Below, one piece after another: positions 9,633 through 18,941 of a stretch of DNA of 64,000 nt. The stretch spans positions 2,972 to 66,971 of the forward strand of contig JAPLNQ010000266.1 in the NCBI GenBank assembly GCA_026401075.1, in the 5' to 3' direction. The notes below the pieces were generated by a model that saw nothing but the letters and a program-made list of their open reading frames with translations, was not told the DNA's origin and did not search any database. Position 1 is the first letter of the stretch. The number at the start of each line of letters is the position of its first letter. A program made the translations under genes and the position numbers. Origin of the DNA: Planctomycetia bacterium. Lineage in GTDB: Bacteria > Planctomycetota > Planctomycetia > Pirellulales > UBA1268.

Positions 9633-10144
9633 GTGCCGGCTCCCGGATCGACGGCCGATGGCATGAGAGCCGCGACGCCGGCGGCGTCGGGCAGAAAGAC
9701 GAGGCCGCAGGCGACCGGCGTGCCGTCGATGCGGAACTCGGTCCGCGCCAGCAGCACGATTTCGGACAGCACCGGCTGCTCCATCAACACGGCCTCCATG
9801 ACCGACTCGGGAAAGTCGCGGAGAAACACCGGTGGAGAGGGGAGGATGCCGGCGGCTCCGGCCGGACCGAGGGCCGCGCAGATCGCGTTGAGGTAGGCGC
9901 AGCCGACGATGTTGGCCGTCTCGATGACGGCCGACCGTTCGAGGTCGCCCCACGACGTCGACGTGCCCGCAGGCCGCTCGAGCAGCGTGTCAGCCAGCGA
10001 CAGGCCCGCGTCGTCGTCGGCCGCGAGCAGGAGCAGGCCGCCGATCGCCCCGTCGATTCGCATGGCACAGCCGCAGATCAACGTGTCGCTCGAGCCCATG
10101 ACCGCCGCAGCCTCTGCGATTGGGAGCGCATCGAGCCGTTCCAC
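9629..10144 (-). CDS. cheC: CheC/CheX-family CheY-P phosphatase
   Basis: Part of ORF 9629..10240. It contains one clear S-x3-E-x2-N motif (SAVIETAN) followed about 20 residues later by Pro. Its position between cheA and cheD fits. The start is uncertain: GTG at 10144 is used here, and ATG at 10240 would overlap cheA by 62 nt. Confidence 0.65.
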   Translation of the reverse strand: MERLDALPIAEAAAVMGSSDTLICGCAMRIDGAIGGLLLLAADDDAGLSLADTLLERPAGTSTSWGDLERSAVIETANIVGCAYLNAICAALGPAGAAGILPSPPVFLRDFPESVMEAVLMEQPVLSEIVLLARTEFRIDGTPVACGLVFLPDAAGVAALMPSAVDPGAGT

Positions 10145-10178
10145 CGAGAGGGCTGCGGGCCGCGGCCTTCGTCGGGCG

Positions 10179-12461
10179 TCATGCGTGCACCTCCGTTGCG
10201 CTGCGCGATCGCATGACGATGTCGACGACCGCCGAAGCATCGAGCAGCAGGCAGACCTCGCCGTCGCCCAGGATGCTTGCCCCGCCGATACCGCGAATCC
10301 GCATGAAGTTTTCGTCGAGCGATTTGACGACGAGGTCTTGGGTGCCGAGCAGGGTCGATACCCCGACGGCGACGGCCCGCGAACCGGAGTGGATCACGAG
10401 CACGGCCCCTCGCGGCGCCGGCTCTCCCGCGGTGGACGGCCAGGCAAAGACTTCGTCCATCTCGACCAAGGGCAGAAACTCGCCCCGGATGTCGCACACC
10501 CTGCGGCCCCCGATCGACAGAATACAGTCATCGGTGACGGTGACGAGTTCTCGGACGTTTTCCACCGGCACGGCCACGGCGGCCTGTTCCAGTCGGAACA
10601 GCATGCACCGCGCGATGGCCAGTGTCAGGGGCAGGCGGATGATAAACGTGCTTCCCACGCCCAGCGTCGAGTCGATTTCGATCGATCCGCTCAGCGCCTC
10701 GATCCGGGTTCGGACGATGTCCATTCCGACACCCCGTCCCGAGATGTTGGAAACCTGCGCCGCGGTGCTGAAGCCGGGCTGCCAGATGAAGTCGATCAGT
10801 TCACGGGGGCTGAGGGTGGCCGCTTGGTCGGCCGAAACGAGTCCGCGGGCAACGGCACGATCGCGAATCCGTTCGACGTCGATGCCACCGCCGTCGTCGC
10901 TGATCGAAATGATGACACTGTTGCCCCGATGCGACGCGGCGAGCCGCACCGTGGCCATCTCCGGCTTGCCACGGCGCAGCCGCACGTCGGCCGGTTCGAT
11001 CCCGTGGTCGATGGCATTGCGGACAAGATGGACGAGAGGGTCGCCGAGTTCGTCGATCATTCGCTTGTCGAGTTCGGTCTTCTCTCCCGCAAGCTCGAGC
11101 GTCACGCTCTTGCCGAGCTCGTTCGCGATGTCACGGACCGACCGCTTGAACCGGTTCAACAGCGGGCCGACCGGCACCATCCGCGTGCTGAGCACACCCC
11201 GCTGCAGGCTGTCGGCCACGCGGGTGAGGTGGTCGACCGACTCCACGAGTTCGGCGTACCGCCGGTGGCCTTCCTCCCACAGCCGGCCCTGCTCCTCGAG
11301 CTTTTCGAGTTGCGATTCGCAGGCAGCGGCGGCCCGGTCGACGGGCCCCGAGGCCGACCGAATGATCGACTCGACGGCCTCGCGGAGTGAGTGGGTTGTG
11401 CCGCCGGACCTGCCACCGACGGCTGCTTTTCTGAAGAGCGGGGCCATGTCGGCGACGAGTTGCACGAAGCGTGCGCGGCTGACGACCAGTTCGCCGACGA
11501 GATTGAGCAGCACGTCGAGACGCTCGACGCCAACCCGCATCGTCTCAGCGACCGCGCCGCTCTCCGTCGGCGCAGGGGCAGCGGCGGGCTCGGCCGGCGG
11601 GGCGACGTCGAGCTCGACACCGACGACGCCGTCGACATCGGCAGCGATCGTGATCGCGCTGCCGGTGGCGGCTGTGCGGAGCACGATATCGAGGGTCCGC
11701 AGGTCGCTGGTGGTGGCAAACTCGGCCGACGCCGGAGTTGACTCGACGACGACGCCGAGGCCGGCGAGCCGCGCGAGCACCAGTTCGGCCTTGAGGTCGG
11801 CCATGGGAAGCCCAGGCGTGAACTGAATGCGGATTCGGCGAATCCGCTCGTTCGCCGCGGGCACGGCAGGCGTCGGCGGAGGCACGGGAGGTGCTGGCGT
11901 CACCGTTGGTACAGCTTGCACGGCTGACGTCGGCGGCGCCTTTGGTAAAGCTGGTGGCGTCGGCGGCGCTGAGGGCACGACTGACGTCGTCTGCGCCGTT
12001 GGTAAAGCTGCTGACGTCGGCGGCGCCGTTGGTAAAACTGGTGGCGTCGCCTGCCCCAGCTTCTTGACGACCTCGAGCAGGTCGTCGACCGGTTCGAGTT
12101 TCTCCCCCTGTCGCAGCCGATCGTTGCAGGCACGGAAGTAGTCGATGCACCGCAGGGCCGCCTCGATCGTGGGGCCATCGAGGAGCAGGCTGCCCGACCG
12201 AAGCCGCTCGAAGTGGCTTTCGAGGTGATGGGCGAGCCCCGTGATCCTGTCGAGCCCAAGCATTGCCGCCGAGCCCTTGATCGAATGGATGAGCCGGAAT
12301 GCCTCGGCGATCCGGCGGGCATCGCGGGGCTCCGACTCGAGCGCAAGCAACAATTGCACGAGCTGTTCGCACTGCTCGCCCGTCTCGTCGATGTAGACGC
12401 TGACGAATTCCGCCATGTCGTCGGCGGGGAGATCCTGGTTGCGGCGGCTGGTGTCGGCCAT
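10179..12461 (-). CDS. cheA: chemotaxis histidine kinase CheA
   Basis: The Hpt domain carries FRLIHSIKGSAAMLG, followed by a P/T/A-rich linker. The catalytic core shows HLVRNAIDHGIE, DDGGGID and GRGVGMDIV. The C-terminus is a CheW-like domain. Confidence 0.93.
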   Translation of the reverse strand: MADTSRRNQDLPADDMAEFVSVYIDETGEQCEQLVQLLLALESEPRDARRIAEAFRLIHSIKGSAAMLGLDRITGLAHHLESHFERLRSGSLLLDGPTIEAALRCIDYFRACNDRLRQGEKLEPVDDLLEVVKKLGQATPPVLPTAPPTSAALPTAQTTSVVPSAPPTPPALPKAPPTSAVQAVPTVTPAPPVPPPTPAVPAANERIRRIRIQFTPGLPMADLKAELVLARLAGLGVVVESTPASAEFATTSDLRTLDIVLRTAATGSAITIAADVDGVVGVELDVAPPAEPAAAPAPTESGAVAETMRVGVERLDVLLNLVGELVVSRARFVQLVADMAPLFRKAAVGGRSGGTTHSLREAVESIIRSASGPVDRAAAACESQLEKLEEQGRLWEEGHRRYAELVESVDHLTRVADSLQRGVLSTRMVPVGPLLNRFKRSVRDIANELGKSVTLELAGEKTELDKRMIDELGDPLVHLVRNAIDHGIEPADVRLRRGKPEMATVRLAASHRGNSVIISISDDGGGIDVERIRDRAVARGLVSADQAATLSPRELIDFIWQPGFSTAAQVSNISGRGVGMDIVRTRIEALSGSIEIDSTLGVGSTFIIRLPLTLAIARCMLFRLEQAAVAVPVENVRELVTVTDDCILSIGGRRVCDIRGEFLPLVEMDEVFAWPSTAGEPAPRGAVLVIHSGSRAVAVGVSTLLGTQDLVVKSLDENFMRIRGIGGASILGDGEVCLLLDASAVVDIVMRSRSATEVHA

Positions 12462-12473
12462 GGCGGCGGTCTT

Positions 12474-13322
12474 TCAGGGTTTCTGGTAGGCGAAGGTCGA
12501 GCGACGCTCGAGCCCTTCGAGAAAATCGTGCGCCCCGTCGGTTGAACCAGCCACGAGGAAACCGCCACCGTGGAGCGCATTGACGAGGTGCCGCAGGGCG
12601 ACCGGTTTCGAACCGCGGTCGAAGTAGATCAGCACGTTCCGGATGAAGATGCAATCGAATTTCGGCCCGGACATCGGATCGAGGAGGTTGTGCCGGCGGA
12701 ATTCGCAGAGTCCGGCGACGGCGGGCTTGAGCCGCCATGTTTCCCCACCCTGAACGGCGATGAAGTGACGGGCGAGGCGTTCCGGACTGACGTGTTCGAG
12801 CGCCTTCGGCCCGTAGGTCGCGGCACGTGCCGTCTGCAGAGCCGTCTCGCAGATGTCGGTGCCGACGACCTGCAGCGTCCAGCCGGCCAGCCGTGGGGCG
12901 TTCTCCGCCAGGCAGATGGCGAGCGAATACGGCTCCTCACCGGTGCTGCATGCCGCCGACCAGACCCGCAGTGACCGTTCCCGCTGCCCGGCCGTGGCCC
13001 GCGCGATCACGCCGTCGAGGAACGGGCCCGCGAACCAGTCGAAGTGATCGTTCGTGCGGAAGAAGTGGGTCTCGTTGGTGGTGATGGCGTCGATGAACGA
13101 CTCCAACTCTCCGGCCAACGTTCCGGCGGTGAGCAGCTTGTAATACTCGTCGAACGACTCGAGCCCACGGTCGCGGAGCCGGCGCCGGATCCGGTTGCTC
13201 AGGAGCGCGGTCTTGCCGTCCAGCGTCCAGATGCCGGTGTGCTTGTAGATGAACTGCTGGAACATCGTGAACTGTTCGGGTGTCAGCGAGATCAATCCGC
13301 TCACGGCAACTCCTGTTCGCAC
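12474..13322 (-). CDS. cheR: chemotaxis protein methyltransferase CheR
   Basis: LTPEQFTMFQQFIYKHTGI marks the N-terminal helical domain. The SAM-binding region shows LRVWSAACSTGEEPYSLAI and DCIFIRNVLIYF. The start is GTG at 13322, or alternatively GTG at 13304. Confidence 0.9.
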   Translation of the reverse strand: MRTGVAVSGLISLTPEQFTMFQQFIYKHTGIWTLDGKTALLSNRIRRRLRDRGLESFDEYYKLLTAGTLAGELESFIDAITTNETHFFRTNDHFDWFAGPFLDGVIARATAGQRERSLRVWSAACSTGEEPYSLAICLAENAPRLAGWTLQVVGTDICETALQTARAATYGPKALEHVSPERLARHFIAVQGGETWRLKPAVAGLCEFRRHNLLDPMSGPKFDCIFIRNVLIYFDRGSKPVALRHLVNALHGGGFLVAGSTDGAHDFLEGLERRSTFAYQKP

Positions 13323-13347
13323 GCCGCGACAACGCCGGCGGGTGGCG

Positions 13348-15948
13348 TTATACCCGGAACCGCTTCACGAGGTCACGCAGGCCCTGCGCCTGGGCGCCGA
13401 GTTCCTCGGCGCTCGCGGCCATCTCCTCGGCGGCGGCGGCGTTCGACTCGGTGGTCTGCGACACCGACCGAATCGCCTGTTTGACCTCGCTGGCGTTGGC
13501 CGACTGGGATTCCGAAGAGGCGGCGATGCTGGAGATTCCCGCCGCCGTCGACTCGACAGCGGAGACGATCGCCGCCAGCGACTGCCCGACCTTCTCGGAG
13601 AGATCGGCCCCTTGCTCGACTCGCTGTGTCGATTCGTTGATCAGCTGGGTGATCTCCTTGGCGGCCTCGCTGGCCCGTTCCGCGAGCTTTCGCACCTCGT
13701 CTGCGACCACGGCGAACCCGAGCCCGTGCTCGCCCGCCCGGGCCGCTTCAATGGCGGCGTTGAGCGCGAGCAGGTTGGTCTGGGCGGCGATCTCGCTGAT
13801 CACCTGGATGATGTCGTTGATCTGCTCCGACGACCTGCGGATCGTCCGCATCGAGTCGATGGCATCGTGGACAGCCTGGCTACCAGCCTGGGCCAACTGC
13901 GTGGTGCGGCTCGCCTGAGCCCGCGATTCGACGGCGCTCTTCGAGATCACCGCGATCGATGATGCGAGCTGTTCCACGGCCGCCGTCATCTGTTCGACGC
14001 TGGCGGCCTGCGTTTGCGCGCCGTCGCTGAGGCTGCCGGCACTCTCGGCAATCATCCGAGCCCCGTCGTTCTGCTGTTCCGCAGCCTCGGAAATCTGTCT
14101 GATGACGTCGCGGAGGTCGCCGAGCATGCGGCCGGCGTTGCCGGCGAGTGTCGCCATTTCGTCATTGCCGTCGGCATCGACGGAGATGCTCAGATCCCCC
14201 TTCGCCGCCGCCCCGAAGACATTGGACAGGACCCCCACCTTCGTCTCGAGGTTCTGCTTGTCGGACGCCATCCGCGTCTGGAGTTCTCTTTCCCGTTCCT
14301 CGCTGCGGATGCGGTCGGTGATCACGTCCCAGGTGATGAGTGGGCCGATGTAGCGGCCGCTCGAGTCGTTGAGGGCAGAGATGTTGAGGTCGAGCACTTC
14401 CGGCCCGAGATTCACCTGCTCCCGACGCGGCAGGCTGTCAGGGCTGGCCAGCAGCTTCCAGGGCATCAGCGCCGGGGCCGGGAGGGTGTCGAGCGAGCCA
14501 CCCACGATCTCTTCGACGCGACGTGGCACGAGGTGCTGAAACTGCCGGAGTGTCTTCTCCGACGCCGGATTCATGTAACGGATCGTGCCGGTTGTGTCGG
14601 CCTGGATCAGCCGCACCGACGTGTTGCCGACCATCTCTGAGAGCTGCTGCTGCATCTGCTGATCGCGGGTCAGTCGACGGGCGATGAAGAAGGACGACAG
14701 CACGATCCCCGCCGTGGTCAGCCCGAAGAGGAGCAGGCCGAACTGACGCAGCCGCCGCACCGGGCCCATCACCTCCGCCTCGTCGATTTCCGAAATCAGC
14801 GCCCAGCGGACCGATCCGTTGCCATTGGTGTCGCCCTTGAAAATCGTGACCGGTGTCCACGACGAGAGCACCGGCATGTTGCGGTAGTCGCGGCCCATGG
14901 CCGTGCCCGACTCACCGGCGTCGAGGGCGCTGCGGACCGGGACGGTGTCAACCTTGAACTGTGGGTTGATGATCGTCGATTCGACGCCGAGATCCTTCGC
15001 GAACCGGGAGTTGGAGCGGAACATCCGATCGGGGCCGATGGCGTAGGTCTCGCCAGTCTCGCCCAGGCCCGTCGTCTGGCAGATGATCTCGTTGGCCTTG
15101 TCGAGCGGCAACTGGAACGCCAGCACGCCGACGACCGTGTCGCCGTCGAGGAGCGGCGTCGCGAGGAAGCTCGCCGGGGCCATCAGGGAAGGCAGGTAGC
15201 GGCTGTACTGGCCGTAGGCGATGGTGCCCGGACGGCCCATCGCGCCCGCCTCGCGAAACGCCTTGGCCAGATTGCTCGAGGCGAGCGGGCCGGAGGTCAG
15301 TGACGCTCCGAAGTCGATCTCCTTGAACACCGTATAGAGGATCGTGCCCGAGGCGGCGTCGATCAGGAAGATGTCGTAGACGCCATAGCGTTCGAGCATC
15401 TCCCGGAAGATCGGGTGCAGTGTGGCGTGGGCACGGGAGTAATCAGAACCGTCGTCGGCGGCGTCGAGCAGCTGCTTCGAGCCGACGGGGTTTGGGTTTC
15501 GCCGCAGGTAGCGGTCCTGCAGCATCACGCCGCGTGAGGTGAGGGCGTCGATGGATGGCCGCACGTCGATTTCCGCGGCATTCTGCTTGCGATAGAGGGG
15601 CGCGAACTCCGCGGTATAGTAGCCGGCGAGTTCCTGCCGCGTTGCCGCCACCGTCTCGTCGGCGACGGGCAGTTCCTGCCACGCCTTGCGAAACGTCGTC
15701 AGCGCTTCCCTTGGCAGCGGACCACTGGCGGCGACGAGGAGTTCCTCCCGCACGGTCGAGAAATACCGCTCCACCGACTGGGCTGTGATCGTTCGGACCG
15801 CCTCCAGCCGCGCGAACGCCTGCTCGCGGAGAGATTCCGCCGCCGTGCGGTACATGGCGACGCCCAGCAGGGCGAGCGGCACCAGCGACATCGTCAGCAG
15901 TGCCGCGAGGACCAGATTGCGGAGGGATCGATCGGAAGACAGCTTCAT
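13348..15948 (-). CDS. transmembrane methyl-accepting chemotaxis protein (periplasmic Cache-like domain, cytoplasmic PAS, MA domain)
   Basis: Part of ORF 13348..16104. ATG at 15948 gives [30 protein letters not shown] (TM1). A periplasmic region of about 300 aa follows, then TM2 ([19 protein letters not shown]) and a PAS-like segment. The MA domain carries [35 protein letters not shown]. Confidence 0.9.
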   Translation of the reverse strand: MKLSSDRSLRNLVLAALLTMSLVPLALLGVAMYRTAAESLREQAFARLEAVRTITAQSVERYFSTVREELLVAASGPLPREALTTFRKAWQELPVADETVAATRQELAGYYTAEFAPLYRKQNAAEIDVRPSIDALTSRGVMLQDRYLRRNPNPVGSKQLLDAADDGSDYSRAHATLHPIFREMLERYGVYDIFLIDAASGTILYTVFKEIDFGASLTSGPLASSNLAKAFREAGAMGRPGTIAYGQYSRYLPSLMAPASFLATPLLDGDTVVGVLAFQLPLDKANEIICQTTGLGETGETYAIGPDRMFRSNSRFAKDLGVESTIINPQFKVDTVPVRSALDAGESGTAMGRDYRNMPVLSSWTPVTIFKGDTNGNGSVRWALISEIDEAEVMGPVRRLRQFGLLLFGLTTAGIVLSSFFIARRLTRDQQMQQQLSEMVGNTSVRLIQADTTGTIRYMNPASEKTLRQFQHLVPRRVEEIVGGSLDTLPAPALMPWKLLASPDSLPRREQVNLGPEVLDLNISALNDSSGRYIGPLITWDVITDRIRSEERERELQTRMASDKQNLETKVGVLSNVFGAAAKGDLSISVDADGNDEMATLAGNAGRMLGDLRDVIRQISEAAEQQNDGARMIAESAGSLSDGAQTQAASVEQMTAAVEQLASSIAVISKSAVESRAQASRTTQLAQAGSQAVHDAIDSMRTIRRSSEQINDIIQVISEIAAQTNLLALNAAIEAARAGEHGLGFAVVADEVRKLAERASEAAKEITQLINESTQRVEQGADLSEKVGQSLAAIVSAVESTAAGISSIAASSESQSANASEVKQAIRSVSQTTESNAAAAEEMAASAEELGAQAQGLRDLVKRFRV

Positions 15949-15949
15949 C

Positions 15950-16468
15950 TCAGGAGGCCTTATCGGAGGGGGTAACGCCGGGAACGCCAGCGCGGTGGAT
16001 GCCGGCGAGGCCGGTTGGATCGAGCAGACTGTCGGCATCGAGCAGAATGAACAGGTCGTCGCCGGCGCGGGCGAATCCCTCGACGGACCGCTGCCGGTCG
16101 GCAACGACCGTGTCTGGAGTCGAGTGGATCTGGTCCACGGGGATGCGGATCACCTGGGACACGGCGTCGACCATGCAGCCCATCGTGCGGTTTCCGACGT
16201 TGACGACGATCGTGCGGGTGTCGGCGTTTGACTCGCGGGCCTGCAGCCCAAACAGAAGCCGGAGGTCGATGACGGGAATGATCGTGCCGCGGAGGTTGCT
16301 CACGCCGACGACGTAGGCGGGCACGTCCGGCACACGGGTCACGCTGCCTGGGGTGATGATTTCCTGGATCCGCTCGATGCGAAACAGGTATTTCTGGCCG
16401 GCGATTTCGAAGCCGACGAACTGGGCCGAAGCGGCCTGTTTGATATCTGCGGGGCGGACCGATTCCAT
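15950..16468 (-). CDS. cheW: chemotaxis coupling protein CheW
   Basis: The protein reads [22 protein letters not shown]...[25 protein letters not shown], a typical CheW domain. Its stop lies 1 nt before the mcp ATG. Confidence 0.9.
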   Translation of the reverse strand: MESVRPADIKQAASAQFVGFEIAGQKYLFRIERIQEIITPGSVTRVPDVPAYVVGVSNLRGTIIPVIDLRLLFGLQARESNADTRTIVVNVGNRTMGCMVDAVSQVIRIPVDQIHSTPDTVVADRQRSVEGFARAGDDLFILLDADSLLDPTGLAGIHRAGVPGVTPSDKAS

Positions 16469-16679
16469 GCCGGTGGTACCTGTGCGGAGGCGACGTGCGG
16501 GCCGCGAAACAGCGTCCCCCGGTTCTCCGGGGGACCCAACGAGGTATAGCTTGGGAATTCGGTCGGTTCAAATTTATGGGAGTGCCGGCCGGTCGGGGAG
16601 ATGCCGTTCCCCGGTACCATCGTTACGATAGCCAAAATCCAACCCCCTCCGTCTCCGCTCACCAGTCCCTGTTTGCACT

Positions 16680-17744
16680 ATGTTTGAAGGCGTTCTCAAG
16701 GTTGTCGTGGTGGACGATTCTGCCCTCTACCGGCAGATGCTCCTCACGGTCCTCGGCAGGATCGCGGGCGTGGAGGTTGTCGGAACGGCCGCCGACGGCG
16801 ACGCGGCGGTGGAGCTCATCGCGCGGATCAGGCCGGACGTCGTCACGCTCGACGTCCAGATGCCGGGCCGGGACGGGATCGAGGTGCTGCGGGCACTCAA
16901 GCAACGTGGGCTGTCGCCACGGTCGATCATGGTCAGCAGTCTCACCGCACAGGGAGCGCCGACGACGGTCGCCGCCCTGATGGAGGGCGCCTTCGACTTC
17001 GTGCTCAAGCCCGCGGGCGGCGACCTGCACGTCACGCGCGACACCATCCAACGCGAGCTTGCCGAGAAGTTGGCCGCCGTCCGGGAGAGCATGGGCGCCC
17101 CGGTTGTGGCCGCCGTGACGCCGCCGATGGAGCGGCCGTTTCGGCCCTCCGCAGCGGCACGCTTCGACGCGATTGTGATCGGTACTTCGACTGGCGGCCC
17201 TCAGGCCCTGCGGGCCGTGATCCCGGCGCTGCCTGCCGATCTGCCAGTGCCGGTCTTCGTCGTGCAGCACATTCCGGCCCAGTTCACGGGCAGCCTCGCC
17301 GAGCGACTCGACGGGATGTCGCCACTGCGAGTCGTGGAGGCAGCCGACGGCATGCTCGTCGGGCCGGGAATGGTGCTCGTGGCACCAGGAGGCAGGCATC
17401 TGGGCGTGGCGCAGCGGGGTGAGCGGGTCGCATGTGTGCTCGACGATGGTCCGCGGCGTCGCGGCTGTCGGCCGTCGGTCGACCATCTTCTGGAGTCGGC
17501 GGCGCAGCTCTACGGCGGGAGGGTGCTGGCCGCGGTGCTCACCGGGATGGGCTGCGACGGGCTCGACGGGTGTCGTGAACTGAAGCGGCGAGGGGGCACG
17601 GTGCTGGCGCAGTCGGCCGCGGGATGCGTCGTCTACGGCATGCCGAAAGCGGTTAGCGACGCCGGTCTGGTCGATGAGGTGGTGCCGCTCGAGCGGATGG
17701 CCGCGCGGCTCTCCGCCTGGCTGCGGGGTGCGGCTGGGGAGTGA
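16680..17744 (+). CDS. cheB: chemotaxis response regulator protein-glutamate methylesterase CheB
   Basis: The REC domain shows KVVVVDDSALYRQ and TLDVQMPGRDG. The esterase domain shows IGTSTGGPQAL, VVQHIPAQFT and LTGMGCDG. It is divergent from cheW. Confidence 0.92.
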   Translation: MFEGVLKVVVVDDSALYRQMLLTVLGRIAGVEVVGTAADGDAAVELIARIRPDVVTLDVQMPGRDGIEVLRALKQRGLSPRSIMVSSLTAQGAPTTVAALMEGAFDFVLKPAGGDLHVTRDTIQRELAEKLAAVRESMGAPVVAAVTPPMERPFRPSAAARFDAIVIGTSTGGPQALRAVIPALPADLPVPVFVVQHIPAQFTGSLAERLDGMSPLRVVEAADGMLVGPGMVLVAPGGRHLGVAQRGERVACVLDDGPRRRGCRPSVDHLLESAAQLYGGRVLAAVLTGMGCDGLDGCRELKRRGGTVLAQSAAGCVVYGMPKAVSDAGLVDEVVPLERMAARLSAWLRGAAGE

Positions 17745-17795
17745 AAAATCGCCCGGCAGGCCGTTTTGCGGCCGCCCAACACTCAGTCCAGCCGC

Positions 17796-18941
17796 CTACT
17801 CGAGCAGTTCCAGCCAGGCGCGGATCTCGTTGTCGTATTCGCTCGCCAGGCCGCCCACGATCAGCTGTCGGTGAAAGCTCGCCGCGCCTTCCTTCACGAG
17901 GTCGGCGTCCTCGGCGCTGGGAAACCGCCGGGCCGGGTCGGCCGCGATCATGCCCCGGATGAAGTTCATCAAGAGCTCGTTGCAGGTGACGTCGGCTGGC
18001 AGGAGCTGCGGGAGCCGATGGGCGAGCGAACGCTTGGCCTCCAGCAGGTCGCGGTAGGACTGCAGCCCCGCGAACGGTGGCTGGCCCGAGAGCATCTCGA
18101 TGAGCACGTAGCCGAGGCTGGCAAGGTCGGAACGGGGGGTGTTTTCCCGGCCTTCGAGCACCTCGGGAGCCGCATACGACGGGGTGCAGGTGCGGTTGGG
18201 GGGCATGTCGTCGAGCGCGAGCGCCGAACCGATGTCGATGATCTTCGCGTTGCCCGTCCGCTTCACCATGATGTTGGAGCTCTTGATGTCGCCGTGCACG
18301 ATCTCCTCCCGGTGCAGGGCGGCCAGGGCTGCCAGGCATTCGCGGACGATCGCGATCGCCACGCCGGGCTTGAGCCGTGACTGCTGCGGGCCCGCCGTCA
18401 CGATCACGTTGTTCAGGTGCCGCCAGCGGTCATCGCCCACGCTCGCCCGGGTCTGGGCAAGCAGTTCCGGGGCCAGCAGCCGCGAGAGGTCGTAGCCGTC
18501 GATCCACTCCATCTCCATGATGCGGATCCGCCGCTGCTCGACGAAGTTGTGCACATCGAGCAGGTTGTCCTGCTGGATCTGGGCGACCCGGGAGGCCACC
18601 TTTGCAATGCGGTTCATCCCCTCGTCGTAGATCGCCTCCGACTCGTAGCGCTCCGGCGAGAAGATCTTGAGGGCCACCGGCAGGCTGAAATTGTCGGTGC
18701 CGCGCCGCTCGGTGAGAAACACCACCCCCTGCCCTCCCGCACCGAGTCGGCGGGTGAGCGCGTGGTAGTCGGTCCAGGTGAGGCGACCCGCATCGAGGAT
18801 TTCGCCGTAGCGGGAGAGCAGTTCCTCCGGGCAGCGGCTGCCCACGTCGCCGCCGACTGAAATCGTCGGCCGACCGTCCTGTGCCGAGGGCCCCTCCTGC
18901 TGATAGATCGTGGTGTTCATCGTGTCCGGCTGGATGGTCAT
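17796..18941 (-). CDS. Ser/Thr protein kinase (Hanks type, non-RD)
   Basis: Motifs are GAGGQGVVF (G-loop), PVALKIF (VAIK), IVHGDIKSSNIMV (catalytic loop, HGD rather than HRD), IIDIGSA (DFG-like) and SYAAPEVLEG (APE). Its ATG overlaps the upstream stop in an ATGA junction. Confidence 0.85.
   Translation of the reverse strand: MTIQPDTMNTTIYQQEGPSAQDGRPTISVGGDVGSRCPEELLSRYGEILDAGRLTWTDYHALTRRLGAGGQGVVFLTERRGTDNFSLPVALKIFSPERYESEAIYDEGMNRIAKVASRVAQIQQDNLLDVHNFVEQRRIRIMEMEWIDGYDLSRLLAPELLAQTRASVGDDRWRHLNNVIVTAGPQQSRLKPGVAIAIVRECLAALAALHREEIVHGDIKSSNIMVKRTGNAKIIDIGSALALDDMPPNRTCTPSYAAPEVLEGRENTPRSDLASLGYVLIEMLSGQPPFAGLQSYRDLLEAKRSLAHRLPQLLPADVTCNELLMNFIRGMIAADPARRFPSAEDADLVKEGAASFHRQLIVGGLASEYDNEIRAWLELLE

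Noticed and set aside
10179-10240. Alternative cheC start at an ATG overlapping the cheA stop (ATGA at about 10181), implying a fourth frameshift
   Set aside because: That ATG is in a different frame and gives only a 34-aa product. The overlap needs just one specific base, so chance explains it. GTG at 10144 gives an adequate start without invoking a frameshift.
7190-11826. Long plus-strand ORFs (7190..8629, 9909..11390, 10120..11826) opposite the che genes
   Set aside because: Each is antisense to a gene with strong family motifs (cyclase, cheC, cheA). Their compositions are dominated by R, P, S and A.
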